Shown: piece after piece, positions 31,535-41,278 of the stretch
Layout of the letters: each line of letters starts with the position of its first letter
Numbering within the stretch: the first letter of the stretch is position 1
Virus record (IMG/VR): IMGVR_UViG_3300032254_000001
Coordinates: 64,001 to 128,000 of that record
DNA from: a virus
Lineage: Duplodnaviria > Caudoviricetes
Length of the DNA stretch: 64,000 bases
Direction: 5' to 3' (one strand)
Program-made: the position numbers and the translations under genes
The notes under the pieces: generated by a model
Database searches by the model: none
Seen by the model: the letters and a program-made list of their open reading frames with translations, nothing else
What the model was told of the DNA's origin: nothing

Positions 31535-32467
31535 TTATTTATCTTTAAGTAGGTCTACCCAGTGTTTTATTGTTGCATCAAGCCCTTCGTCTAACGACGT
31601 AGTTGGTTTCCAGCCTGTATGTTCTGTGAGTAAATCGTGGTTACTGTTAAGCCAATATATTTCGCCGAAGCGTGGCTCTTTAGTTCCCCAGTTTACTTTA
31701 CCTTTCCAGTTAAGCTTCTTAGCAATCATGTCTACTAAGTCTGCTATTTGGGTAGGATGATTTGGTCCAATGGTATAGATATTGTTTTTAACTTTTTCTG
31801 GATTTTCGATTACAGTCTTCCAACAGTTAACCATATCGTCTACATAGATAAAGTTTCTGTACGGTGCACCATAACCCAGATTAATTTCTTTTGGGTTCTT
31901 AATCATCTGTGTGATGATCTGTTCAATAACGAAGAAGTCGTTATCTTTGCGTCCGTAACAGTTAGTCTGTCTAAGACTAGTGTACGGCATGTTATAAGCC
32001 CTACCTGCGTACTGCAAGTATTTCTCAGCACCAAGTTTTGCAACTGCATATGGTGCGTTAGGGTTAGCTTCGGTCTCCGGATCAAACGCAACAAAGTCAA
32101 CTGGTCTACCAAACTGTTCAACTTCGTCACTAATTGGCTGATGGCCATATACTTCCATAGTGCTAGCAAATATAAAGTTAACAAAATCATCACAATGCTT
32201 GTTAACACTCTCAATGAGATTCACAGTTCCTGTGTAGTTAATTTCACTAAATGTAATTTGCTCGTAAAAGCTTTTCTGTACTTCTGTACGTGCTGCAAGG
32301 TGCAATACCATGTTAGGATTAAATTCCTTAACCTCGGCCTCAACATCATCGTAATCTCTAAGATCACTTTTAAGTTCATGTATTACGAACTTATGACTTA
32401 GTGACGGTATGATATGAGAACCGAGAAATCCATCTGCTCCTGTTACTAGCAATCGGGTATTAAACAT
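31535..32467 (-). CDS. NAD-dependent nucleotide-sugar epimerase/dehydratase
   Basis: VTGADGFLG, HLAA, YAVAK (YxxxK), R.TNCYG, RNFIYVDD. Confidence 0.9.
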   Translation of the reverse strand: MFNTRLLVTGADGFLGSHIIPSLSHKFVIHELKSDLRDYDDVEAEVKEFNPNMVLHLAARTEVQKSFYEQITFSEINYTGTVNLIESVNKHCDDFVNFIFASTMEVYGHQPISDEVEQFGRPVDFVAFDPETEANPNAPYAVAKLGAEKYLQYAGRAYNMPYTSLRQTNCYGRKDNDFFVIEQIITQMIKNPKEINLGYGAPYRNFIYVDDMVNCWKTVIENPEKVKNNIYTIGPNHPTQIADLVDMIAKKLNWKGKVNWGTKEPRFGEIYWLNSNHDLLTEHTGWKPTTSLDEGLDATIKHWVDLLKDK

Positions 32468-33098
32468 TTATTGTTATCTCTCTAAGGTCAGGGTAGCTCT
32501 TGTACCCTTTATCACCAAGGTCGGTGATCTCGTTATTGGCTAATTTGTTTAAGCCAATAACGGCGTCTTCTGGGCGCATCATATAATGATACCCAACAAC
32601 GAATTCTTTCTGGTCTATCCATCGATCAAAACTTAAATCACGTCCATCGTATGATGCACGTTTAAGCCACTCGTATGCTTTCTTATCATTAGTAAGTATA
32701 GCACCACCGTGGCCAATTTCTAATGGCTTACCGTGTCCAAATGATAAACACACAATCTTCTTTTGATTAGGATTATCTAATTGGAACATATCTTTTTCAA
32801 AACGTCTAGCACTATCGTAAACAATAGAACCTTCAATCCTGTAATCTTTATCCCACTCTTCATCTGTCATCATGTACTCAATGCCAAGTTTCTTCAATGT
32901 CATTGGAACACTAAGGTAAGTGTGTGCTGGAATTGTTGCGTACAGCTTAGGCATTGTATAACGCAACCCAAGTTCAATTGCATGTGAGCAACTGTCGGTA
33001 GCAATAACACCACTGGCGCCTGTAAACTCAGCTAGCTCTTTTTCAAACTCTGATACTGCATCATATGGGTTACTGTAATCACTTATTTCTTTTTTCAT
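32460..33098 (-). CDS. DegT/DnrJ/EryC1/StrS-family aminotransferase-like, unusually short
   Basis: FEKELAEFTG...ATDSCSHAIEL...YDSA...LSFGHGKPL..G.GGAIL...GYHYMM. Confidence 0.75.
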   Translation of the reverse strand: MKKEISDYSNPYDAVSEFEKELAEFTGASGVIATDSCSHAIELGLRYTMPKLYATIPAHTYLSVPMTLKKLGIEYMMTDEEWDKDYRIEGSIVYDSARRFEKDMFQLDNPNQKKIVCLSFGHGKPLEIGHGGAILTNDKKAYEWLKRASYDGRDLSFDRWIDQKEFVVGYHYMMRPEDAVIGLNKLANNEITDLGDKGYKSYPDLREITINV

Positions 33099-34059
33099 AA
33101 TAATCCTTAGTTGACATAATAATGGTTTCTAAATCGCTAAATGCTAATTTCTGGCCTTGCTCTTCTTCAAACTTACTAGCGTCTGCTACTAGTGAATCTG
33201 GATCGCCTGCACGTCGTGGACGATAGCAAATATCAAACGGTGTAACGTACTTAAAGAATGCGTTGACAACTTCTTGGTTACTGTAGCCTGTGCTAGTACC
33301 AAGGTTGTATGTTTTTGATTTGCCACCACTGGATAGAACTTCACAGGCCCTAAGGTGTGCTAAGGCTAAGTCGCATACGTGTATGTAATCTCTTACACAC
33401 GTACCGTCTGGTGTATCGTAATCGTCGCCGTAAATAGAAAACACTTTGCCTTCCATTTGTGCTTCGAATATGCGCGGAATTAAGTGAGTGTCACCTGGCT
33501 CTGGACCGAGCTCATTATCCCAAACGTCCGCACCTGCTGCATTAAAGTATCTGAAACAAAAGTTTCGCATACCGTACGCTGCATCGTAATCACGCAGTAT
33601 ATGTTCAATCATCATCTTTGTATTGCCATATGGATTGACCGGCTTGGTGATCGATGATTCCTTAATAGGTAATTCCGTGGGATTGCCATATACTGCGGCA
33701 CTGCTACTGAATACAATGAATGGTTTATGTTTCCATTTCTTCATGTGGTCCAACATGCGAATAGTTCTGACTACATTGTTATTGTAGTATTCGCTTGGAT
33801 CTAAAACACTCGGACCAACGAGACTTGTTCCAGCACAATGCACAACTCCATCTACTCCGAACTCTTCCATCATATCAAGGATTTCATAGTCGTCGTAGTT
33901 TGACATGTAGAATTTTGTACCTTCTACTTTATTTTGTTCGACATAACGATTGTCGATTGTATAGACCTTTGCTCCTGCTGCTCGCAAAGACTTTGCAGTG
34001 TGGCTACCTACATAGCCACGACCACCTGTTACTAAAATTGTTACACCCTCTAATCTCAT
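33079..34059 (-). CDS. galE: UDP-glucose 4-epimerase
   Basis: VTGGRGYVGSH, FSSSAAVYG, PYGNTK, RYFNAAGAD, PDGTCVRDYIHVCDLA. Confidence 0.9.
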   Translation of the reverse strand: MRLEGVTILVTGGRGYVGSHTAKSLRAAGAKVYTIDNRYVEQNKVEGTKFYMSNYDDYEILDMMEEFGVDGVVHCAGTSLVGPSVLDPSEYYNNNVVRTIRMLDHMKKWKHKPFIVFSSSAAVYGNPTELPIKESSITKPVNPYGNTKMMIEHILRDYDAAYGMRNFCFRYFNAAGADVWDNELGPEPGDTHLIPRIFEAQMEGKVFSIYGDDYDTPDGTCVRDYIHVCDLALAHLRACEVLSSGGKSKTYNLGTSTGYSNQEVVNAFFKYVTPFDICYRPRRAGDPDSLVADASKFEEEQGQKLAFSDLETIIMSTKDYYEKRNK

Positions 34060-34260
34060 TTCTTACTCGCTATGTTGAATACGCTACAAGTAGCATTATA
34101 GCGCGATTCACGAGTAGATGCATCCGTTATGAGCAAATCTTTTTGTGTCTTTAACCGAAATATAAGGCCACGTAGCTCTTCTGCTGTCCAATTATCCTGT
34201 TCAGCAACTTTAGCCAAAATGTCTATGTCCATGCAGGTTAACGCTGCTACTTGTTGGTAC

Positions 34261-34770
34261 TCATCCATCGTAATCAAGCTCGTCGATTATAATGCCATTG
34301 CTTTCACTTGCATAGCCACGTACTCTGTCAAATGCATCGCCCCATCGTTCTTCTAATTCTGGAGGACATTTTGGTGCAACAAAACGAGTAATACCAGATT
34401 GCAACATGTGAACATAACATCTGTCACATGACAGGAAAGGGTATGTGTACAGTGTGTAACCTTGCAGTGATTGATCTTGTGCAAAGTTCACAGCATTCAT
34501 TTCGCAATGAATGATACGACTGTACTTTTCTTCTCTATTATTGTAAAACTGATCCGCGTCCGGCATTGCACGTGGAAAACCATTAAAGCCTACTGACGCA
34601 ATACTTTTGTCAGGACGTACAATTACCGCACCTGTTTGTGTGCTCGGATCCTTCGACCAAGTTGATGCTAACTTAGCCATGTCTAGGAATCGTTGATCCC
34701 ATTTATCTAATTTACTCATATCTTTATCATCACTGCCAATGCCAGCCAGTAGTATTCTAGCATCATTCAT
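34261..34770 (-). CDS. dCMP deaminase
   Basis: SKDPSTQTGA, GFNG, HCEMNA (HxE), PFLSCDRC. Confidence 0.9.
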   Translation of the reverse strand: MNDARILLAGIGSDDKDMSKLDKWDQRFLDMAKLASTWSKDPSTQTGAVIVRPDKSIASVGFNGFPRAMPDADQFYNNREEKYSRIIHCEMNAVNFAQDQSLQGYTLYTYPFLSCDRCYVHMLQSGITRFVAPKCPPELEERWGDAFDRVRGYASESNGIIIDELDYDG

Positions 34771-34778
34771 GGTAACTC

Positions 34779-35159
34779 CTACGGTGTTTTTGAACGTGTG
34801 ACTGTTGCTTGCTGCACTGCATCGTCTTCACATTCTGCGTACTTAGGCACATCTCTATTATTAGTAAGTGCCATAACTGTTAGCATTTGTTCGTATGCTT
34901 CTTTAACAGCTGGGTCTTGTGATGCACGGACCTTATTCATTACAGTCATATCACTAGCAAACTGTTCCAAGCTTATTGTCGGAGAGTGTGACATTGATAC
35001 AATGTTAACCGTTGTTTTCGTTAGACCAGGAGTAGAGAATTCATCTCGCTCAATGTTTACTGCTTGAATCCAAAGTCCGTAATGAGAAAGGTCCGCGTCA
35101 ATCATTTGAATTTCGCTCCTGCTACTTCGTCTCTGTAGCGCATGTCGTTTCGCTTCCAT
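34779..35159 (-). CDS. Hypothetical protein, PAVKEAYEQ motif (same family as 41279-42492)
   Basis: SQDPAVKEAYEQMLTVMAL. Confidence 0.55.
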   Translation of the reverse strand: MEAKRHALQRRSSRSEIQMIDADLSHYGLWIQAVNIERDEFSTPGLTKTTVNIVSMSHSPTISLEQFASDMTVMNKVRASQDPAVKEAYEQMLTVMALTNNRDVPKYAECEDDAVQQATVTRSKTP

Positions 35160-36274
35160 TCTGCACCGTTGCCTTCCATGATGTCAATGCAGCGATCAAT
35201 CGTACCGTTGGTCCAGTCACTAATCTTACCCATGTTCGGATGAGCTTCATCTAACAATGGTAGCATCTTGCTAATAGCATCGTCTATGCTCCAAGGCACG
35301 TATAAACGATCTGCGTCGTTTGCAAACGTTTCAGGAAATGATCTGTATGCTGGGTAAAGTACATTACAACCTAATGCATCAGCTTCACTTACTGTGTTAC
35401 TAACCCAATCCTGCAATGCACAATTGAACATTATACGACTATTGTTTACAATTCCGTAGTACTCGTTCTTCTTTAAGTTTTCGTGTATTTCTAACTTGCC
35501 TTCACGTTCAAGGTGTCTTGCACGAACAACGTACTTTTCGTTATTACTACGTAGCGGACCACCTTGCATAATTGCAAACTTAACAGTTGGATCTATGTCG
35601 TGCATCTTTTCAATTAAGTCCATGTAAAAGTCTGGTTGCTTTTCCTGGTCCCAACGTGCGCCAAATACTACACGGCGTTCGCGATCTTCAAATGATTTTA
35701 TTTGCGGTACACGAATTTGTACTTCGTCTTTACCAAATGCAAGTCCGCTAATGTTATACAGTGGAGCCTTCCAACGTGCTACTTTCATGTTCGCAATCAT
35801 TTCTTCATTGGTTGCAAGTACACTAACGTTAGGCATAGCATTGATCATATCTTCGTAATGATCCATCCAGTCCATACCCCATACGTGAACAAAGTCATCT
35901 GGGTCAACGCGCTGTGCTAATGTACGCACAAATATCTGCGGACGATCACGTTCTGGAATCTGGCACATAATGTAACCTAATGACTCCATGCCAGGACTAA
36001 ACATATCCTCAAAAAAGATACAGTCTTCGCCTGTCACTTCACCACTACGCATCATCTGAACTAAGTTCATCATCTGCGACATACTGAAAAATGATCTGCC
36101 ATGTGCATCGAGAACCTGTCCGACTTGAATGGACTTCGTATTGTCTATTTCCTGACCGGGGACAATTACATAGTCGATCCCACGCTTTTTAAATGCGCGT
36201 TCACTCCAGTCCTGTAATTGTAACGTGTAACGGCCTTCATAGCTCTCCAGGCCCATGTAGATCAATTTTCTCAT
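35102..36274 (-). CDS. GT-B fold glycosyltransferase
   Basis: RWDQEKQP, LQDWVSNTVSEADALGCNVLYP..RSFPE (GT4-like C-terminal motif). Confidence 0.75.
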   Translation of the reverse strand: MRKLIYMGLESYEGRYTLQLQDWSERAFKKRGIDYVIVPGQEIDNTKSIQVGQVLDAHGRSFFSMSQMMNLVQMMRSGEVTGEDCIFFEDMFSPGMESLGYIMCQIPERDRPQIFVRTLAQRVDPDDFVHVWGMDWMDHYEDMINAMPNVSVLATNEEMIANMKVARWKAPLYNISGLAFGKDEVQIRVPQIKSFEDRERRVVFGARWDQEKQPDFYMDLIEKMHDIDPTVKFAIMQGGPLRSNNEKYVVRARHLEREGKLEIHENLKKNEYYGIVNNSRIMFNCALQDWVSNTVSEADALGCNVLYPAYRSFPETFANDADRLYVPWSIDDAISKMLPLLDEAHPNMGKISDWTNGTIDRCIDIMEGNGAEWKRNDMRYRDEVAGAKFK

Positions 36275-37071
36275 GTTTGTTTCCTATTATAATTTTGTAA
36301 TGCACGACCTACTAGATCGTCATTGTCGATATCTGTAGATAGTGTAACATATCTAAAGCTTTCTTGCAAGTCACGGTATTCGCAATATTGCCGTTTCAGT
36401 GCATTAGTATCTGTGATTTCCGTATCTAAAAACTGTGCAATCTCTTGCATAGAATTCATAAAAGTATCAACGTTAACAAAGTCTAAGTAATCTAAATTGA
36501 ATACACGACTATCGTTAATTGGTTCTTTGTATTTGCTGTGGTATTCACTAAACTCTTGTTCAAGTGTTATAGTAATAGCATCAATTATCTGCTCGTCCGT
36601 TAACCCTTTTATAGTGTCATCGTTGAGTATTGAATTTTTATACGTGAACTTATTGTTCTTGCGTTGTACATTATACACTGCCATTAACTCTGCTAACACG
36701 CTAGGAGTATAAACTCTAACTGCTTTAGCATCTGGGTATCTATCTAAGAGCCAGGTAGTGTTATCGTTTCGTGTGCCTTGATCGCATAGTACGACAAGTG
36801 TTTTGTTTAGTACGTCTACGTCTTCTAATAGTTCTAATTGGAAGTCGAAGTCTTTGTATGTTTTGCCTGGATTCTCTCTAAGAAACCTAGGTAGGTGATA
36901 CGTGCGAATGTACTTTGCGCTGTGTGCATTGCCCGTCTCGGCAATGGTTGTTGTTTGTGCATTAACTGTACTGCTGAAGTAATCAGTTAATATTTTGTGC
37001 AAAAAGTGACCAGCACCACCCGACGGGTACATTATTAGTACAATGCCAGGCGATGCTTGATCGAGTGACAC
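36271..37071 (-). CDS. Sulfotransferase/P-loop-like hypothetical protein
   Basis: N-terminal YPSGGAGHFL glycine loop, similar to 62340-63050. Confidence 0.4.
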   Translation of the reverse strand: MSLDQASPGIVLIMYPSGGAGHFLHKILTDYFSSTVNAQTTTIAETGNAHSAKYIRTYHLPRFLRENPGKTYKDFDFQLELLEDVDVLNKTLVVLCDQGTRNDNTTWLLDRYPDAKAVRVYTPSVLAELMAVYNVQRKNNKFTYKNSILNDDTIKGLTDEQIIDAITITLEQEFSEYHSKYKEPINDSRVFNLDYLDFVNVDTFMNSMQEIAQFLDTEITDTNALKRQYCEYRDLQESFRYVTLSTDIDNDDLVGRALQNYNRKQT

Positions 37072-37359
37072 TACTTATTTGTTACCACGGTATGGACGAC
37101 CTGTTGGACGTCGGTGGAATCTGTTTAAGTCAAATTCCCATTGATTTTTACAATTCTTTCCATTGCGGAATTTATTGTACTGCTGGAACGGATATGTACG
37201 CATGTTGTACAAATCTTGTTCGTTAAACTTATACCCGTGACTTACGCAGAATGCGCGGTAAGCTTCTAGGTCCTTCCATACCTGTTCAGTGCGTGGGTTC
37301 TTTTTAGTAGTGTTTCTGTATGACTTAGCCATAGTGTTTCCCTTGTGTAAGGTTTATAG

Positions 37360-37776
37360 TTATAATGTGTATTGTGTTGTTGATCCGTTTTCATTATCTT
37401 CGCTTACGCTAATAATGATCTCACGGCCGGGGTACTTCATTGCAATTTTCTCAAATAGATCATCGCTAATCATCTCGCATGACTTGTTATCAAGCTGCAA
37501 AATTCCTTCTTTAAACAATCCTTCGCAGTATCGTTTAAATTGTATAAATTCAATATCTCGGTCGTCATGCACCACTGCTATGCGTACCTCGAAATGAAAT
37601 ATATGTCTGTGTTCGTTTGCTAAAAAGCTAACGTCTTCTAAGTTTGTATCAGTAGCTGCTGCTGGGTATGCATGTATGCCTTCTCTTTGAAAGCGTACCC
37701 AAATACTTTTTCCTGCACGATTCAATCTCGATGCCACTGTGTCAAACTTTGCTTGTATTCTCTGTTCTGTATCCAT
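37360..37776 (-). CDS. Second T-fold (QueD-like) protein, DpdL-like
   Basis: FLANEHRHIFHF (LxxxHRHxF), DDRDIEFI, SCEMIS. Confidence 0.65.
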   Translation of the reverse strand: MDTEQRIQAKFDTVASRLNRAGKSIWVRFQREGIHAYPAAATDTNLEDVSFLANEHRHIFHFEVRIAVVHDDRDIEFIQFKRYCEGLFKEGILQLDNKSCEMISDDLFEKIAMKYPGREIIISVSEDNENGSTTQYTL

Positions 37777-37815
37777 AGTATATTATAACATACTCTTAAT
37801 GTAATGTGTTAATGT

Positions 37816-38343
37816 TTAGATGATCTTGTCATCTTTGTATTTCTTCCAGTTAGTGTACTTGGTGTGATCCATTAAGTCGTGTAACTTATGGCACCATACA
37901 CCTGGGTTGCTCGCCTGGAAATCTTTGTCGTCTATCTTAACTGTTGCGTTGTAACCAAGTTGGTTAGCGTAAGGAATCTTAACACTAATCATTGGAATGA
38001 AGTTTGGATGTTCTGATAAACCTGATTCAGCAAATCCTTCAACATGTTTAACATCAAAGTCAAGTGTACACCAAAAGTCATCTGGATGATCTAAAACTTC
38101 TTTTATCATTTTTTCCCAAGGGATCCATGATTCATCGTTGCCAGTTACATCAAAGCTCATGTTAGCACCGAAGTATACTGCCTTGCATCCGAGTGTATTT
38201 GCACGTTTAAGGATTTCACTTACAGGTTGAATGCCAACAACAAATAAAGTCTTTAACTGATATGCTGGAGTGTGTTCGACTTCGTACCCAACAAAGAAAT
38301 CTGTGTTTTCGTTATGGTCTTGATTTTCGTATTCGCGTTTCAT
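37816..38343 (-). CDS. Conserved hypothetical protein in the DpdA cluster
   Basis: FFVGYEVEHTP...TLFVVG...YFGANMSF...KIDDKDF..SNPGVW. Confidence 0.6.
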   Translation of the reverse strand: MKREYENQDHNENTDFFVGYEVEHTPAYQLKTLFVVGIQPVSEILKRANTLGCKAVYFGANMSFDVTGNDESWIPWEKMIKEVLDHPDDFWCTLDFDVKHVEGFAESGLSEHPNFIPMISVKIPYANQLGYNATVKIDDKDFQASNPGVWCHKLHDLMDHTKYTNWKKYKDDKII

Positions 38344-38970
38344 TTACTTTCCTCTATTCCTAAGTCTACTAAGCGGAACTCAATATCCCCAGGGCCTATT
38401 TTAAATGCTTCTTCACCTAGTGCTTTGCGTAAAACATCATGTCTTTCATGTGTTAATGCTGTACCGATGTATTCGCCTTTGTGGTATATTTCCCAGTTAA
38501 ACTTTGAATTGTCTAGCTTCTTAGCTTCTTCAATTACCTGTCTGTTCATTTCACGTGCTGTGTTTAATGTTAAGAAATCTTCAGCACACAATGCTGCCTG
38601 CGCCCAGCCAATAAAACGATTTGCCTTAGCGCCAGTAACCTTACCGTAATACACTTGTTCAAGTATATCCTGTATATGACGTGCGCTTAATGCATGTTTG
38701 GTTTCAACGAATTCAGTTGATTCCCAGTCTACTAAGTCTAAGCACTTCTGTGCCATTAATTGTTCTTCAGTCATACAAACCTCATTTTTATCCAAGCATT
38801 AGATATCTTACATCTAGTCCACTTTTCTTCCCACGATGCTTCTGTGAGCCATTTTGTTTCAATTATCCTGCTGCCATCTTCTTGTGAACTTTCAATAGTT
38901 AACGGAAACAACAAGAACTTTGTTACTGTCCTGTATGTTCCTAATGGCGGCTCTACTCTTTTGCGTTGCA

Positions 38971-40554
38971 TTAATCACCAAAGTCAAATAAGTTAGTAGC
39001 TTCTTCCGCAACTTGCGTCTTGGTTTTGCTAGGTTTCATAATTAAGTGAGCTTCTTCTGCAAGCTCTGCTTGTGCCTCATCGAGGTCAAACATAGCATCA
39101 AAGCTGGCTGCGGCATTAATAGCTTTCTTGCCACCCATACCACGCGCACCGCTGATGCCCATAAAGAACTTAGAATACATATCAAGTATTGCTAGGCGTT
39201 CTTCGTATACATTAGTTGAGAATACTGCATCTATTATATTTGTTATTGTGACACCAGTATTCTCGTCTACTAACATTTTAGGCAGACAACCACTATCGTA
39301 TTGGCGGTTCGCTTCCTGTACACTGTTAATGTGGTGCCAAACATTGTGGCCCATCATTAATGCATACGAGAAACTATCCCAAGAAGTCTTCCCTTCCTTA
39401 CCGACCTTATTAAGGTCACCTGGAGCATATACACAGACGTCTTTCATTTGTAGGTGTTCACTAATAGGACTATCTTCAAAGAGGTCGTGTATTCCATCTG
39501 CAACTGTACCATCACTGAATTTGCGTGTATCTTTTGCATACGCCTTGTTATCAGCAGTGGGGTTCATACGATATGACCATTTACCCGATTTATTCTTCTT
39601 AGTTAAGGTTCTATAGTCTGGGGTGACGGTCTCGTGATATATCTGCCCGTTGGCAGTAGCAAGGAACGGGCTTGCACAATCGAAACTAATTGTAAAGTTT
39701 GGATTATGTGTGCGTCGTACAGCTCGTTGCAATGCTGTTAGTAGTACTGCCCACTCTAGTTTACTTGTTCCTAGGAAGTGCATCCAATCCTGTTTGCCTT
39801 CTTCAAGTAAACCATCATGTATCAATGTTACTACTCTTTTAATAGCCAGGTGTGGGTCTGCCATGTTAGCACCACCCATTGCCCAACCTTTAAAATAATT
39901 TTCGTGCTTAGTTGGATCGCTGTATTCTTTCATCTCTTCGTACCAACGATCCGCATCGGAATGATTTGAACCTTGTAATACATTTAAGAACTTAGCATTG
40001 TTCGTTGCATGTTTCATAAAGTATTCGTGGTTGTATTTTGTTGCATCAACTGCATCTTGATAAGTTTTGATGTTTGTCTTTTTAACAGACTCAGCGTTGG
40101 TGCAAGTCCATGTTGGAATATCAAGTGTCATGCTGTAGTCGCTAATGTTACACAACCATTTCAGTACAGTACTTCTGTACTTCTCAGCTTTAGGACAATT
40201 AGGATCTGCCCAGTCTGCTTCCCATACGCCTTTAGCAATCTGGAAACCACCTGAGTCAGCTAGCAATAATGTATCACTGCTACGCTTACGAATCATGTTT
40301 TCCTTTGGTACGTCCTTAGTTAAATCTAAGTTAGCATGACCTGCTGAATACAATCCCCATCTGTACTTAAACAATCCGTCCTTGTTATTAAAGAAGTTCA
40401 TCATTTCCATATCCGGAATGCCTGTTGGCATACGCGAAGGTGGAACATAGTTAGGATCGTCTTGCTGTTTGCCTATGTAAGTTGAGTAAAACGAACTAAT
40501 AGCAGGTAAGAATACTGCATAATCGTTCTGTTCATTTGTTAAATTTTTATTCAT
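38971..40554 (-). CDS. dpdA: tRNA-guanine transglycosylase-like DNA base-exchange enzyme (DpdA-type)
   Basis: LLADSGGFQI (TGT DSGGFQ), MTLDIP, NVLQG, GWAMGG, WMHFLG, ISFDCASP. Confidence 0.75.
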   Translation of the reverse strand: MNKNLTNEQNDYAVFLPAISSFYSTYIGKQQDDPNYVPPSRMPTGIPDMEMMNFFNNKDGLFKYRWGLYSAGHANLDLTKDVPKENMIRKRSSDTLLLADSGGFQIAKGVWEADWADPNCPKAEKYRSTVLKWLCNISDYSMTLDIPTWTCTNAESVKKTNIKTYQDAVDATKYNHEYFMKHATNNAKFLNVLQGSNHSDADRWYEEMKEYSDPTKHENYFKGWAMGGANMADPHLAIKRVVTLIHDGLLEEGKQDWMHFLGTSKLEWAVLLTALQRAVRRTHNPNFTISFDCASPFLATANGQIYHETVTPDYRTLTKKNKSGKWSYRMNPTADNKAYAKDTRKFSDGTVADGIHDLFEDSPISEHLQMKDVCVYAPGDLNKVGKEGKTSWDSFSYALMMGHNVWHHINSVQEANRQYDSGCLPKMLVDENTGVTITNIIDAVFSTNVYEERLAILDMYSKFFMGISGARGMGGKKAINAAASFDAMFDLDEAQAELAEEAHLIMKPSKTKTQVAEEATNLFDFGD

Positions 40555-41278
40555 CGTTACCTGTGTCTTTTAATCTGTTATACGTTTGCAACATACAAAA
40601 CTGTTCAAACGCTGCCTTTATATCTGGAAAGGCTTCGTGTACACTTACACGATCATATCCGCGTGTATCTGGATGTTGGTCCAAAGTCCATTCGTATATG
40701 TCCCAGGTTTCTTGTTCTAATTTAGTAAGTGGTCTGCCGTCTGTGTACTTGCTCATAGTTTGTATTTTAACATAAACATAGTTTTATTACTATCATTATG
40801 GAACACTACATCCTTAATGCCGTAGCCTGTAATATCTTTTACAAGCTTGCAGCCGTACTCTTTTTCAAAGTCTTCTGTTGTCTTGTCATCAGCTGTAAAA
40901 CTTTTTAGAGCTTTAGCTAGTACTATCAACTCTTCCCTGTCTAGCTTGATGTCAAGTTGACCGTGATATTGTGCGCGTTCCATTATCTAAAGAACAACCG
41001 TTTCATTGCTTGCTTGGTATAAAACCAGCCGCCGAAGTTATGTATACTAGAGTACACAATAAGGCCACCGCCTGCAATTGATAATATAGAACCAAAGAAG
41101 CCATAAAAGAATAAGTTGAATGCACCGTATATAACAAATATCACACCAAGTATAAACCAGGCATGCTGTACACTAAAGTTATGCACTAAACGGTTCTTTG
41201 AATTATAAAGACCATTTACAATGCGTTGCATAAAACTAGGTCTGCGGTTCTGCCTAAAACGATTTTCATGTTCGTATT

